Origin: Ostreococcus lucimarinus
Lineage: Eukaryota
Strand: one strand, 5' to 3'
Assembly (NCBI GenBank): GCA_000092065.1
Contig: CP000587.1
Length of the DNA: 64,000 nucleotides
A model generated the notes under the pieces. The model saw only the letters and a program-made list of their open reading frames with translations, was not told where the DNA came from and made no database searches. Of the stretch, positions 41,703-52,500 are shown in pieces. Numbering within the stretch: position 1 is the first letter of the stretch; the number at the start of each line of letters is the position of its first letter. Made by a program: the position numbers and the translations under genes.

Positions 41703-41772
41703 GTGCGCGAGACGAGAAACGGCGACGAGAAACGCGAGACTGACCGGGACGCGCGGGACGATCGATGCACAG
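41703..41772 (+). other. Intron (70 nt) joining two overlapping out-of-frame ORFs
   Basis: Donor CAG|GTGCGC. Branch ACTGACCGG lies 27 nt upstream of the acceptor cacag|TGC. The length is 70 nt, which is 1 mod 3 and exactly explains the frame shift between ORF 41244..41801 and ORF 41686..42252. Confidence 0.5.
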
Positions 41773-42252
41773 TGCCGCGCGCCGTATCGAGTGGGGAATG
41801 ATACGCTGTCGCCACATTTTACCGTGAAATTGAACGAATTCTCTCTGCCTGGAACGTCATTGTACGAACGATTTTACAAGAATGTGAAGAACGCCGATCC
41901 GCAATCCATTCGGCTCGCCTTCCATGGAACATCGTTCGCGGCGGCGAAGCTGATACTGAAAAACGGTATGAGTCCATCACGACGAATCAACACACAAGGC
42001 GACTGGTTTACACTGGACATCAACTATGCGCTCACGAGAAGTATCTGTCGTGAGGACCACAGCGCGCAATGGGGTGGTACACCCAAGGACGAAGAGCCAG
42101 ACGCGTACTCGAAGAGCGTTGTGGTGATCTGCTTCGCCGTCTACATGCCAAAAACGATCTACATCGGGGAACACATCGTCTGCACATGCGAGAAACATAG
42201 TCTTCCGATCTCAATGCTCGAGTTTCCGCGAGAGCCTTACGATCCCGCGTAA
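41773..42252 (+). CDS. Zinc-ribbon + PARP-like ADP-ribosyltransferase protein, exon 2 (catalytic-like domain)
   Basis: AFHGTSFAAAKLILKNGMSPS ... GDWFTLDINYAL ... KSVVVICFAVYMPKTIYIGEHIVCT aligns block-for-block with mono-ART PARP catalytic cores (FHGT / HGF / G-x-aromatic-F / Y / E). Confidence 0.55.
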   Translation, partial: CRAPYRVGNDTLSPHFTVKLNEFSLPGTSLYERFYKNVKNADPQSIRLAFHGTSFAAAKLILKNGMSPSRRINTQGDWFTLDINYALTRSICREDHSAQWGGTPKDEEPDAYSKSVVVICFAVYMPKTIYIGEHIVCTCEKHSLPISMLEFPREPYDPA

Positions 42253-42385
42253 ATGAATGACTTTGCAAGTAGGAACGTCTTGTAGTGAAACAGAGAAACG
42301 TTGGTTTGCATCGAGGGTTGAATCTTGATTATTACGTCATGCGCGCGTGTATGATGCGCTCCTAGAATGAATAACGCGCAACTAT

Positions 42386-44485
42386 TTACGCGGTCGTGGC
42401 AGGTGCCGCATCTTCCGGGGAACCCTCGTCTTCGAAACAGCACGTCAAGCTTCGCGTGGCGCGTTCGCGCGCGAGCACTTCGAGCAGCGCGGTCAGCTTG
42501 TGCTCACCGTGGACCTTGTTATCACGCGTGCGCACGTTCACCGTTTCGTTCGCTTTTTCGCTTTCGCCGCACACCAAGATATAGTTGAACTGATCGAGCT
42601 GCGCCTCGCGAACCTTCTTTTGCATCTTACGATCCGTGACGTCGACTTCCGCGAAATGACCGGCCTTGCGGAGTTGGCGCTTGACCTCGTAGCAGTAGTC
42701 TCTCGAGGCTTCAGAGATCGGCACAATCATGACTTGTTTTGGCGACAACCAATACGGCCACTTACCCGCAAAGTGCTCGGTCAAAATCGCGAACATACGC
42801 TCGACAGAACCGAGGATAGCTCTGTGAATGATGATCGGCCTCACCGACGAGTTGTTTTCGTCGACGTACGACAGGTCAAATCGAATCGGAAGCTGAAAGT
42901 CGAGCTGGACCGTCGCACACTGGAAGCGACGCTTGAGCGCATCGAAGACAGTGATGTCAATCTTCGGACCGTAGAAGGCGCCGTCACCTTCGTTCAGCTT
43001 CCACTCTCTGCCGCTTCGGTCCAACGCAGACTTGAGCGCCGCCTCCGCCTTGTCCCACACCTCCAACTCACCCAAGTATCCCTCTGGACGCGTCGATAGC
43101 TTCATCTCGTACGTGAGACCAAACACTTCGTACACATCATCTAAGAACTGCAAGAAACCGCTCAACTCCTGTTCCATTTGATCCTCACGGCAGAAGATGT
43201 GCGCGTCGTCTTGCTGGAAGCGGCGAACGCGCGTTAAACCGTGAAGCGCACCCGAGAACTCGTTTCGGTGCAGCACACCGAAATCAGCCACACGCATGGG
43301 GAGTTCACGGTACGTTCTGTGTCGATGCGCGAACATGACGCAGTGACCCGGGCAGTTCATCGGCTTCAGACCAAACTCTTCCTTTTCGACGTTGAAGCTG
43401 AACATGTTTTCCTTGTAGTGCGCCGCGTGACCGGACGTCTTCCAGAGGTCAAAGTTGTAAATATTCGGCGTGATGACTTCGTCATACTCGTATTCCCAAT
43501 ACTTTTCTCGAATAAATTGGACCAAGTTGTTGTAGATGCGCGCGCCGTGCTTTTGGAAAAAACACGAGCCCGGGGAGAGATGGTGGAAAAAGAACAGCTC
43601 TTGGTTCAAGCCAATGGTGCGGTGATCGCGTTTCTTCGCTTCTTCGATGCGCGTGGTGTATTCCTTCATGAGTTTGTCGCTCGGGAAAGTCACGGCGTAC
43701 ACGCGCACGAGCGGGTCCTTGGTGACGTCCGCGCGCCAGTGGGCTCGCGAGCACTGGTTCACGCTGACGCTCTTCAACCACGCGGTGTCCGGCAAGTGCG
43801 GACCGCGGCACAGATCCACCATCGGCCCGCAGCGATAGCACGAAATCGTCGCGTCTTCGGGCAAGTTGGAAATCAACTCAATTTTGAACTTGTTCTCTTC
43901 GAACATCTCCAACGCCTCGGCGCGGCTGACGACGATGCGTTGAAATTCTTGTTTTTCTTTGATGATCTTTTCCATGCGCCCCTTGATGATTTCCGTGTCT
44001 TCCGGCGTCAGCGTGCGCTCGCCCAAGTAGCAATCGTAGTAGAAACCCTCCTCGATCGCCGGTCCGATGGTCAAATCCGCCCCGTACTCCAACTCCAACG
44101 CCTCCCCCAAGACGTGCGCGCTCGAGTGCCAATAACACTCCTTCCCCTCTTCGTCGTCGAAAGTAAACAACGCCAGCGCGCAGTCCCCCTCCAACGGTCG
44201 TCGCATGTCCCAAAACTCCCCATCGACCTTCGCCACGAGCGCGCTCTGCGCCAGCTTCTTGTGTATCCCCAACGCGATGTCGAACGGCGTCGTCGCGAAT
44301 CGCGTCCCATCCTTTTGCGCGCCGTCCGGCAGGGTCACTTTAATCCCTTCCCCCCGCGCCTTCGCCTCTTCGATCCGCGTCAGCTCCCGCGCGCGATACT
44401 TATCGAACAAATCGATCCGGTGCGCGTAATACGGCGACTTCTCTCGCGCGTGATCCGCGTTCGTCGGCGTCGGCGCGTCCGCCAT
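42386..44485 (-). CDS. Threonyl-tRNA synthetase
   Basis: Class II aaRS motifs and the ThrRS-specific blocks HRNEFSGALHGLTRVRRFQQDDAHIFC, plus an N-terminal TGS/editing region. 699 aa. Confidence 0.9.
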   Translation of the reverse strand: MADAPTPTNADHAREKSPYYAHRIDLFDKYRARELTRIEEAKARGEGIKVTLPDGAQKDGTRFATTPFDIALGIHKKLAQSALVAKVDGEFWDMRRPLEGDCALALFTFDDEEGKECYWHSSAHVLGEALELEYGADLTIGPAIEEGFYYDCYLGERTLTPEDTEIIKGRMEKIIKEKQEFQRIVVSRAEALEMFEENKFKIELISNLPEDATISCYRCGPMVDLCRGPHLPDTAWLKSVSVNQCSRAHWRADVTKDPLVRVYAVTFPSDKLMKEYTTRIEEAKKRDHRTIGLNQELFFFHHLSPGSCFFQKHGARIYNNLVQFIREKYWEYEYDEVITPNIYNFDLWKTSGHAAHYKENMFSFNVEKEEFGLKPMNCPGHCVMFAHRHRTYRELPMRVADFGVLHRNEFSGALHGLTRVRRFQQDDAHIFCREDQMEQELSGFLQFLDDVYEVFGLTYEMKLSTRPEGYLGELEVWDKAEAALKSALDRSGREWKLNEGDGAFYGPKIDITVFDALKRRFQCATVQLDFQLPIRFDLSYVDENNSSVRPIIIHRAILGSVERMFAILTEHFAGKWPYWLSPKQVMIVPISEASRDYCYEVKRQLRKAGHFAEVDVTDRKMQKKVREAQLDQFNYILVCGESEKANETVNVRTRDNKVHGEHKLTALLEVLARERATRSLTCCFEDEGSPEDAAPATTA

Positions 44486-44822
44486 GGCGTCCCGCTCGAT
44501 CGCCGTCCCGCGCTTCCGCGCGTCGCGTCCCGACGTCGCCGTATCGCGCGCCCGTTCGCTCGCGTTCGGCTCTCAGCGCCTCCGCGTGCCCTCGCGCGCG
44601 GTTCGCGACGCGCGCGACCGTCGCGCGCGTCGTCGTCGCGCTCTGCCGCGGTCGCCTTTCGCGCGCGCGACCCTACGCCCGGGTCGTCTTTTTCGCCCCC
44701 GTTTGGCGACGCGCGCGTCGACCCCCGTTTGGCGACGTCCACCGACCGACGTCGACGCGCCGGCGCGCGCGCGCGCGACGACGCGACGCGCGAGGGACGG
44801 CGCGACTCGAGACGCGCGCGCG

Positions 44823-45980
44823 ATGCGGGCGACGCCGACGACGCACGCGATGGAACGCGCGCGACGCGCGCGCGCGCCGACGCGCGGCGCGGGACGGCGG
44901 ATGATTGCGACGCCCCGACGCCGACGCGCGACGAACGACGACGGCGACGCGACGACGACGACGACGACGACGGCGGCGGAGGCGTCGTACGAGGAGGACG
45001 AGGCGGAACCGCCGCGACGGCGAGGGACGACGACGACGTTTCCGTTGGCGTGCCCGGTGAGTCTGAAGGCGCTGCGCGGCGACGGCGTCGAGCCGACGAG
45101 CGGGCTGAGGTACGAGGAGCGCGAGGGGCGATGGGATCTGACCGTGGGCGCGGCGGAGAACGCGCGGTCGGGGGCGCGGGTCGGGTCGCTCGTGGACCTG
45201 GCGCGCGAGGCGCTGCCGAACGAGTTGAAGGGGTTGCTGCCGACGAGCGGGTACTTTGGGACGGCGACGTTCGAGACGCCGCAGGTGGCGTTCGCGTACG
45301 AGCGAGGGTGGCGCGATAGCTTTAAGCGCGCTGGGTTTCCGGGGCCGGATGAGGAGGCGCGGTTGGCCGTGGACGCGCTCGGGGAGTTCGCGAAGGGCGG
45401 CATCGTCGTCGACGCGTCGTGCGGCAGCGGGTTGTTTACGAGACGGTTTTTGAAGACGTACAAGGGTCGTTCAAAGGCGTACAAGGGCGTGGTGGCGCTC
45501 GACTACTCCGACGCCATGCTGCGACAAGCGAAGCAATACATGGAGGATGAAAACTTACTCGGCGACGCGGACGTGTGCTTCGTGCGCGCGGACATCGCGC
45601 GGTTACCGTTTCCAGAAGGCTCGCTGGACGGCGTGCACGCGGGCGCCGCCATCCACTGCTGGCCGGATGCCAAGACGGGCGTGGCCGAGATCGCGCGCGT
45701 GCTTAAACCAGGCGCGACGTTCTGTGGAACGACGTTCATGAATCCGCAAGTGCCGTTCTTCGACGAGGACCAGCAGGCCATTTTCGACAACGCCGTTCGA
45801 GAATTCTCGGGCACGGTGAACGCCGAGCGCGGGTTCAGATGGTGGTCCAAGAAGGAACTCCGAGACCTGTGCACCGAATGCGGACTCGTCGATTTTAAGT
45901 GCGAGATTCGCAATCAGTTTATCTTTTACAGCGCGAAGAAGCGAACCGTGGACGACGTCGACGCGGTCGAGAAAGCGTAG
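44823..45980 (+). CDS. SAM-dependent methyltransferase of the plastoglobule-type family (CxxC-containing N-terminus, Methyltransf_11 core), organelle-targeted
   Basis: FPLACPVSLKAL precedes the core, as in plastid methyltransferases. VVDASCGSGLFTRRF is SAM motif I. The start is the internal ATG at 44823, because the listed ORF start overlaps the ThrRS start codon. Confidence 0.65.
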   Translation: MRATPTTHAMERARRARAPTRGAGRRMIATPRRRRATNDDGDATTTTTTTAAEASYEEDEAEPPRRRGTTTTFPLACPVSLKALRGDGVEPTSGLRYEEREGRWDLTVGAAENARSGARVGSLVDLAREALPNELKGLLPTSGYFGTATFETPQVAFAYERGWRDSFKRAGFPGPDEEARLAVDALGEFAKGGIVVDASCGSGLFTRRFLKTYKGRSKAYKGVVALDYSDAMLRQAKQYMEDENLLGDADVCFVRADIARLPFPEGSLDGVHAGAAIHCWPDAKTGVAEIARVLKPGATFCGTTFMNPQVPFFDEDQQAIFDNAVREFSGTVNAERGFRWWSKKELRDLCTECGLVDFKCEIRNQFIFYSAKKRTVDDVDAVEKA

Positions 45981-46048
45981 AAGCAAAGCCTTCAGTAAAT
46001 TACGGTACAAAAATGCGCGCGCGCGGTTTTAATTTCATTTCAACCATT

Positions 46049-47095
46049 TCAAACGAATTCGGCGGTTTCGACTTCCTTCTCGATCAGCGCCACGCACTCG
46101 CCCACACTCGCTCCGCGCGCCATGTAATCCGCGAGCTTCTCCGTCAACCCTAAGTGTCTACGTAACAGACTCGTCGTGTTCAACACCGCCCATCGAACTT
46201 CCGAATCAGACTTTTTCTGCGTAAACGCCAACGCGCGCAGCAATCCGTCGAGTTGTTGTACGTCGCTCAGACCGCCCTCGGCGAATCCAAAAAGGATGTA
46301 TTCCATGCAGATTCCCGCCATGGCGACGCACGCGAACCGGCCGAGCGATGTGGAGGTAATTTTACCCTTTTGTACTTCGCGCTGAAACTCGCCGTCGCAA
46401 AACGCGCAACCCGCTTGAATGTTAAACGCACCGTACGTCTTGAACGCATCCATCGAGCTCAACGTGTAACCTTTAGGAAGAATCCCGATGAGATACGCGG
46501 TGAGAAAGTGCGCCGCTTCGTGTCGACGCAATCGCGTGACGTACTCCTTCGACGTCGATTGCGCGACGGTGTCGAGCGCGAGCGCCGAGACGCCGCCGCC
46601 GAAGGCGATTTGATCGTACGTCGCGCAAAACGCGGCGAAAGCCGCCACTCCTGCGCCTTGCGCGAACGTCGGATGCAAAAAGTACAATCCCGCGACGTAC
46701 GCCACGCCGAGCAATCGCGTGAAATTATCTCGAATTCCCTTAATCGTGCTCTCCGTCGGCGCCAACAACTTCTCCGCCTCGATGTTATTCAACCGCAGTT
46801 CCGCCAACGCATAATCTCGCTTCGGCACATTATGCGCCGCCCCGAACGCTTTCACCACCCCCCTTTGACGCAAGCACATCACCAACTCCACCGCCTCGCG
46901 TTCGGCGCGATCGCTCGCCGTTTTCATCGCCGCCGCGTCGTCGTCGCCGTCGCTCGTCGACGCCCCCGCGCTCTCGCCTCGCATCGCCGTCACCAACCTC
47001 GCGTCCACCGCCTCGAGCGCGTCTCGCAGTCCTCGATCGCACATTCGCTCGATCTCCGCGTCGAACGCTCGCGTCTCGAACCGCTGCGTCGACAT
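46049..47095 (-). CDS. HEXXH-motif protein, putative membrane zinc metalloprotease (family uncertain)
   Basis: HEAAHFLTAYLIGIL sits inside a hydrophobic segment, and LDG lies about 85 residues downstream. The protein has several hydrophobic helices. Only the C-terminal 348 codons of the listed 763-aa ORF are taken. The start could lie further upstream (up to about 47227). Confidence 0.5.
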   Translation of the reverse strand: MSTQRFETRAFDAEIERMCDRGLRDALEAVDARLVTAMRGESAGASTSDGDDDAAAMKTASDRAEREAVELVMCLRQRGVVKAFGAAHNVPKRDYALAELRLNNIEAEKLLAPTESTIKGIRDNFTRLLGVAYVAGLYFLHPTFAQGAGVAAFAAFCATYDQIAFGGGVSALALDTVAQSTSKEYVTRLRRHEAAHFLTAYLIGILPKGYTLSSMDAFKTYGAFNIQAGCAFCDGEFQREVQKGKITSTSLGRFACVAMAGICMEYILFGFAEGGLSDVQQLDGLLRALAFTQKKSDSEVRWAVLNTTSLLRRHLGLTEKLADYMARGASVGECVALIEKEVETAEFV

Positions 47096-47419
47096 CTCCT
47101 CGTCGTTCACCGCGCGTCGACGCCGCGATCGTTCGACACCATCGCGCCGCGACGTCTTTTTCACCACCGCGCGCCCCCGCCCGCGCCGCGCCGCCGCGCC
47201 CGCGTCGAGCGTCACCGCGCGCATCGTCTCCCGTCGCGCGCGTCGCGTCGAGTCGTCGCGCGCGCGCGCGAGTGCGGCGATGCGTCGAGTAATCTTTGTG
47301 GATAACGACCGATGCGTCGCGTTCCCCGCACTCACGCGCGCGCGCACGCTCGCGAACCGCTCGCGAATCGCTCGACGCGCGTAAAAACCTACACCGCGCG
47401 ACTCGCGCGATCGACGACG

Positions 47420-48316
47420 ATGATGGCGCAGCAGGGCGTCGCGATGACGCAGAAGTCGCACTTTGCGCGATCGACGCGGGCGTCGATGCGATCGGGCGCG
47501 CGCGCGACGCGCGGGGCGCGCGCGGTCGCGCCGCGCGCGGCGGGCGCGGATGATTTCACGCCGGAAAAGTTCATGGCGAAGTACGACGAGATTTCGTACA
47601 AGATTCCGCCGCTGTTGACGGCGGCGGCGGTGCCCGTCGTGGGGTTGTCGCTGCTGTGCAAGACGCTCACGGGACACGGCTTGCCGGGGACGGCGCTCGG
47701 CTCGATCGAGGGGATCTCTTGGCTCGTGCTCCCGCTCGGGGCGAAGTCGTTCTGGCCGAAGGCGCAAGACATCGCGCGATTGAAGGATAAGACGCCGGAG
47801 AACGTGCTTAAGATTTTGCAGACGGAGGGACGCGCGTACGGCGGATTCGGCGAAGATAGCCGAGGAAAGAACGCGACGGAACGCCTTAATTCGATCGCGA
47901 GTGAGGTCGATCCGAACTCGCCGCTCGGTCAGCAAATGGCTGATATCGCTAGGCAAAAGGCTGAGCGCGAGAAGGAAACGCCCGAGCAACAGGCTGAACG
48001 GGAACGACTTCGCGCGGAACTCGCGGCGTCGGCGCTCGGCATGGCGAACGCCAAGACGGCTGAATTCGAAGCGGAGGCGGACACCAAGGGTAAAGACGGG
48101 TTGTTGGCGAAGCCGGTGACGGAAACGCTCAAGGACAGCATGACTGTTGAAAACTACGACGTCGACGTGACGAAGTATGACGACAAGGCGCTCGGATCGA
48201 AGCTCAACTTGTCCTCCACGGATATCGAAAAGGGCGTGCCGAAGAACAACAAGGGCGATGCCTGGCGCGAACAGTACCGCACGGAAGAAAACGCCGAAGG
48301 TGCGAAGGAAGATTAA
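47420..48316 (+). CDS. Hypothetical chloroplast-targeted membrane protein with a K/E-rich coiled-coil C-terminus
   Basis: Transit-peptide-like MMAQQGVAMTQKSHFARSTRASMRSGARATRGARAVAPRAAG. Two hydrophobic segments follow, then an acidic/basic low-complexity tail. Start at the tandem ATGATG at 47420. Confidence 0.5.
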   Translation: MMAQQGVAMTQKSHFARSTRASMRSGARATRGARAVAPRAAGADDFTPEKFMAKYDEISYKIPPLLTAAAVPVVGLSLLCKTLTGHGLPGTALGSIEGISWLVLPLGAKSFWPKAQDIARLKDKTPENVLKILQTEGRAYGGFGEDSRGKNATERLNSIASEVDPNSPLGQQMADIARQKAEREKETPEQQAERERLRAELAASALGMANAKTAEFEAEADTKGKDGLLAKPVTETLKDSMTVENYDVDVTKYDDKALGSKLNLSSTDIEKGVPKNNKGDAWREQYRTEENAEGAKED

Positions 48317-48388
48317 CGCGAAATTCTCGAGATTGATCATATGACTCTTGCTCCAACGCTTCGATAAACCACGACGACAAGCAATTTT

Positions 48389-49543
48389 TTAATATACGGA
48401 TGCGTTACCACTTTCTTCAAACGCGAACAAATCGGGATACGCACGCATCGGTTTCTCCAATCCATCGCTCCCGAGTACGTCAATCAGGCAAGAGAGACAG
48501 CGTTTTGCATAAAGTCTGGCGTCCGGATGCCCCCCACGAATACACACGTCCAGAGTCGCGAGGGTGAGGTCTAAAGCTGTCCGTCCAGCTCTCCCTCGAA
48601 AGACGGAGGCGCACTCGGCGTTGCGTTCGACACAATACGTCAAGGCGAACGCGATTTTCGCTTGAAGTCTTCGAGCCGAAACATGTTGCGACAGTGTCCG
48701 GATAACTGCGTGAGGGGCAGCCGCCTCTATCAAGACGTGCAAAACCTCGTCTGCTTCTGCTGAGAGGAAACTCGACTCGCTGGCGCGCTTGAGAACGCTC
48801 GGGAAAACGCATCCAAGTTCACCGTTGATCTTACCTTTTAAATGCACCGCCAGCGTCTTGATGAGACTGAGTGCGGCTTTCGAAATAGAACTTCGCAAGC
48901 TCTCGAGACACGATGTGACGCCGATGATGAAAGGACGCAAATTCGCGGACACCACGCCGACGTGATGAATGACGAGTCGATTCGCGAGCGCAATCGCCTC
49001 CAAGCGCTCTTCCCACGCGCGCTCCGCAGCGCCTCTCAAAACCACCAATACTCCAACCATCACGGTCTCAGGGTCGTTCAAAGGCGCCAAATTTGCGTAC
49101 GTCTCAAACACCGCCCGCTCGCTCTTCTTTCTCGCCGAAGGCGCGCGAACCGGCATCGCCAAACCGGCGGGCGCTCGAGACCCGCTCCGCGTTACCACTC
49201 GACCCGTTCGTTTCCGTTGCTTCAGCGCCATCAACGCATCATTCACGCTTCTCCGCAGCGTCGCTTCTCGTCCTCGACTCGCGCTCGCGCCGACATCTCG
49301 CGTCACCTCGCCGCGTCGTCGTCTCGCGTCCGCCTCCGAGTCCTCGCTCGACGCCGCCTCCTCGACGCCGATGGATGACCCTTTGGACTCCGTCGGACTC
49401 TCCATTCGCGGCGCGTCGCTCGCGTCGTACATCGCCAGCGCATCCACGCGCACGGGGCAGCACGCGATCGCGCGCATGCTCGATCGACGCGCGTCAAAGT
49501 GGCCAAATTTAGCTTCGTCCATGTCAAATGCCAAAGTCACCAA
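48389..49543 (-). CDS. HEAT/ARM-like repeat protein (CLASP_N/TOG-like?)
   Basis: The 384-aa ORF has a helical-repeat-like composition. The assignment is weak. Confidence 0.4.
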   Translation of the reverse strand: MVTLAFDMDEAKFGHFDARRSSMRAIACCPVRVDALAMYDASDAPRMESPTESKGSSIGVEEAASSEDSEADARRRRGEVTRDVGASASRGREATLRRSVNDALMALKQRKRTGRVVTRSGSRAPAGLAMPVRAPSARKKSERAVFETYANLAPLNDPETVMVGVLVVLRGAAERAWEERLEAIALANRLVIHHVGVVSANLRPFIIGVTSCLESLRSSISKAALSLIKTLAVHLKGKINGELGCVFPSVLKRASESSFLSAEADEVLHVLIEAAAPHAVIRTLSQHVSARRLQAKIAFALTYCVERNAECASVFRGRAGRTALDLTLATLDVCIRGGHPDARLYAKRCLSCLIDVLGSDGLEKPMRAYPDLFAFEESGNASVY

Positions 49544-49592
49544 CCGGCGTCGTCGCGTCGACGTGGCGCATCGTCACGCGCCCACGCGCGGC

Positions 49593-52500
49593 ATGGCGCG
49601 CACCGCGCGCGCGCGCGCGCGCGGCGACGCGACCCGACGTTCGTGGCGCGCGCGCGTCGCGCTCGCCCTCGTCGGCGCGTGCGTCGGCGCGTGCGCGACG
49701 CGCTCTGTCGACGCGATGTGGTTCGGTAAGAAATCTTCAGGCGCGGCGGAAAGGGTGCGCGCGGACGCGCTGGACGACGGCACGACGCCGGGCGCGCGCG
49801 GCGGGACGGAGTTAATGTCGGCGGCGTTGGAAGCGCGCGTGCCGCGGGCGCTGGTGAAGCGATTTCACGTGGTGAAGTCGCGCGTGCGCGCGCTGAGCGC
49901 CGACGCGCGACGGCCGAACGTGCTGTGGTTGCAGGATTTGCCCAACGATCCCGAGAGCGAGCATCTGCGCGAAGAGAAGAATCGGGAAAAGTTTGCAAAA
50001 TTCATGTTCGTGAGTGAGTGGCAGAAAAGCGCGTATGAGTCGTATTTCGGGGATGTATTCGGAGAGAAGGCGGTGGTGATGAGAAACGCCATCGAGCCGT
50101 TCGAACGTCAACGTAAAGAACCTCCGGAGGATGGAGTGCTGCGGTTGATTTATCACACCACGCCGCATCGTGGATTGGATATATTGATGCACGTGTTCCC
50201 GAGATTGTACGACGCGCACGAGGGTATGTTGCATTTGGACGTGTATTCAAGCTTTTCTATATACGGGTGGCACGAACGAGACCATCCGTACGCGCCGTTG
50301 TTTCAGGCGTGTGAGCAACATCCAGGATGTACGTATCACGGCGCGGTGTCGAATGACGATGTACGAGACGCATTGCGTTCGGCGCATATTTTTGCCTATC
50401 CCTCGACGTGGATGGAGACGTCGTGCATCGCCGCCATCGAGGCGTTGAGCGCAGGCGTGCACGTCGTGACGAGCAGTTTAGGCGCGCTCGTCGAGACAGT
50501 CGGTACTTTCGGTACTATATACGAGTTTAAGCAAGATTGGTCAGAACATGCGGATGCGTTCGAGCAAGCGATGCATGGGGCGATCGAGTCTTACTGGGAG
50601 GTGACTTCGGTTCGTCTCCGGCGAGTACAACAAGTGTATGCGTCGCAAATCTTCGGCTGGGGATCGCCTGGATTAAGGGGACGCGCCGATGACTGGATTG
50701 TACTTCTCGGTGGCATCCACGAGGATTTTAATGGGGGGCGTGACGTAGGGAGGGATGATTTTGATTCAGACGGCGATTATTCCGACGCTCTTTTCGTTGC
50801 AGGTAGAGTGAGAGAATCTCGGGGCGACCAGAAGGGTGCGTACGAAAAGTATCTGCAATCTCTCGAGTTCAATCCTTTGAATTCGTACACTATGGTTGCG
50901 ATGAGTACCTTGGAGATCATGGTCGGCGAATCGAATGGTGATCACTCGACGGCATTACGGGGCATCGAGCGGATGGAGTCTGCCATCGATGACCCCGATG
51001 GCCTCTCGCCGCCGCTCGAGCCGAATTCCGCCGCTTATTTTGGCATCGCCATGCGAAGCGGATACTGGAGAGAGACGCGAAATTGGGCCGCACGCGCGCG
51101 CATTAATTTTGAAAAGGGTTTAAACACTTCTCAACATGGCGAAGACGATTGCTGGGAGCTGTATTACGCCACGATTGTGCCCCACTTTCCGTTGACGCCC
51201 GAGGAGGAGCGCCGCAGGATCCAAAAGTATAATGCCGGAATCGACGAAATGCTCCGCAAGGACGATCTTTTCTGCCGTAATCAAGCAGGTTTAGGCAACG
51301 TGTTTTCAATCGCGTACTACTTCGATGGCGTAGACTATAAGGACGAGTACTCGAGATGGGTGCAACTGAAGTTGAAGGCGTTCCCGGATCTTTTGTACAA
51401 GGCGAATGCGCTCGTGTACGAAAACGACGACAACTATCTGTCGAGCGCGCAGAGCACGGCTGTGCAGAAGGCGCTCATGCGTCGTAAAATCAAGATTGGT
51501 GCCGTCTCATCATTTTTCACGTCCGAGTCGAGCATTTGGGGAAACTTCGGAGAAATCGTGCTCGGGCTTCAACGCGACGCGCGATTTGAAGTCGACATGG
51601 TGCACTACCCACGCGATCCGATCAAGGAGGAGGATATAAATCTCTCGTTGCGTCCCGAACGAAGCATCGTGTTGATAAAGGGCGGTGATCTCGAAACCGT
51701 CAAAGCGAATCGCGAGGCGATCGAAGAGAGAAGGTTTGATGTTCTGATTTATCTTGACCTGTTCATGACGGGCGAGATGCACGATCTCGCCGTGGCGAAA
51801 CTGGCACCGGTACAAATGGTCACGCACGGTCACCCCGTAACATCTGGTATCCCGGCTTGGATCATGGATTATTTTATTTCTTGGGATCTTGCCGAGCTTC
51901 CCGATCAAAAGAAAGCGCAGAGCTTCTATACGGAGGAGTTACTGCTGGTTAAGAGTAAAAAGGCGGCGTGGGAGTACTACAAGCCACGAACTGAAGGAGA
52001 AGTATCGATCATTGTTGGTGAAGCGCCGTTCTATCAATTCACCAGAGAAAATCTTGATTTCATTCCGGCTGAAGAAATGGAGAAACTCTCATCCCGTGAC
52101 GGTTTGACATGGTATTTCTGCCCGCAAGCCGTGTTCAAGTATCACATTACGTTTGACCAGATTTTGGGCAAGATACAAAGAGAAGATCCGAACGCAATAA
52201 TCATTCTCATGAAGCTCGTCGATAACGCGCTTGAGGCGTTGCACGAAAAAGTCGTGGAAAGATTAATTAAGCAAGGAGACGTTGATCTCGACCGCGTCGT
52301 GTTCATTCCGCGAATGAAGCATTACCAGTTAATGGCAATGTACAAGCTGTCAGACGTCGTTTTGGATAGCGTTTATTTTGGTGGCGACACCACGACGCGA
52401 GAAGCTTTCGAAGTTGGTTCGCCCGTGATTACACTACCCGGTAAGACCATTGGTCAGCGTTGGACACAAGCTTATTACAGAGTCATGGGCATCAAGGATT

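Noticed and set aside
43241-45484. 692-aa + ORF and 303-aa - ORF
   Set aside because: They lie antisense to the threonyl-tRNA synthetase and methyltransferase CDSs and are Arg/Ala low-complexity.
46253-47305. 350-aa + ORF
   Set aside because: It lies antisense to the HEXXH protein gene and has arginine-rich low complexity.
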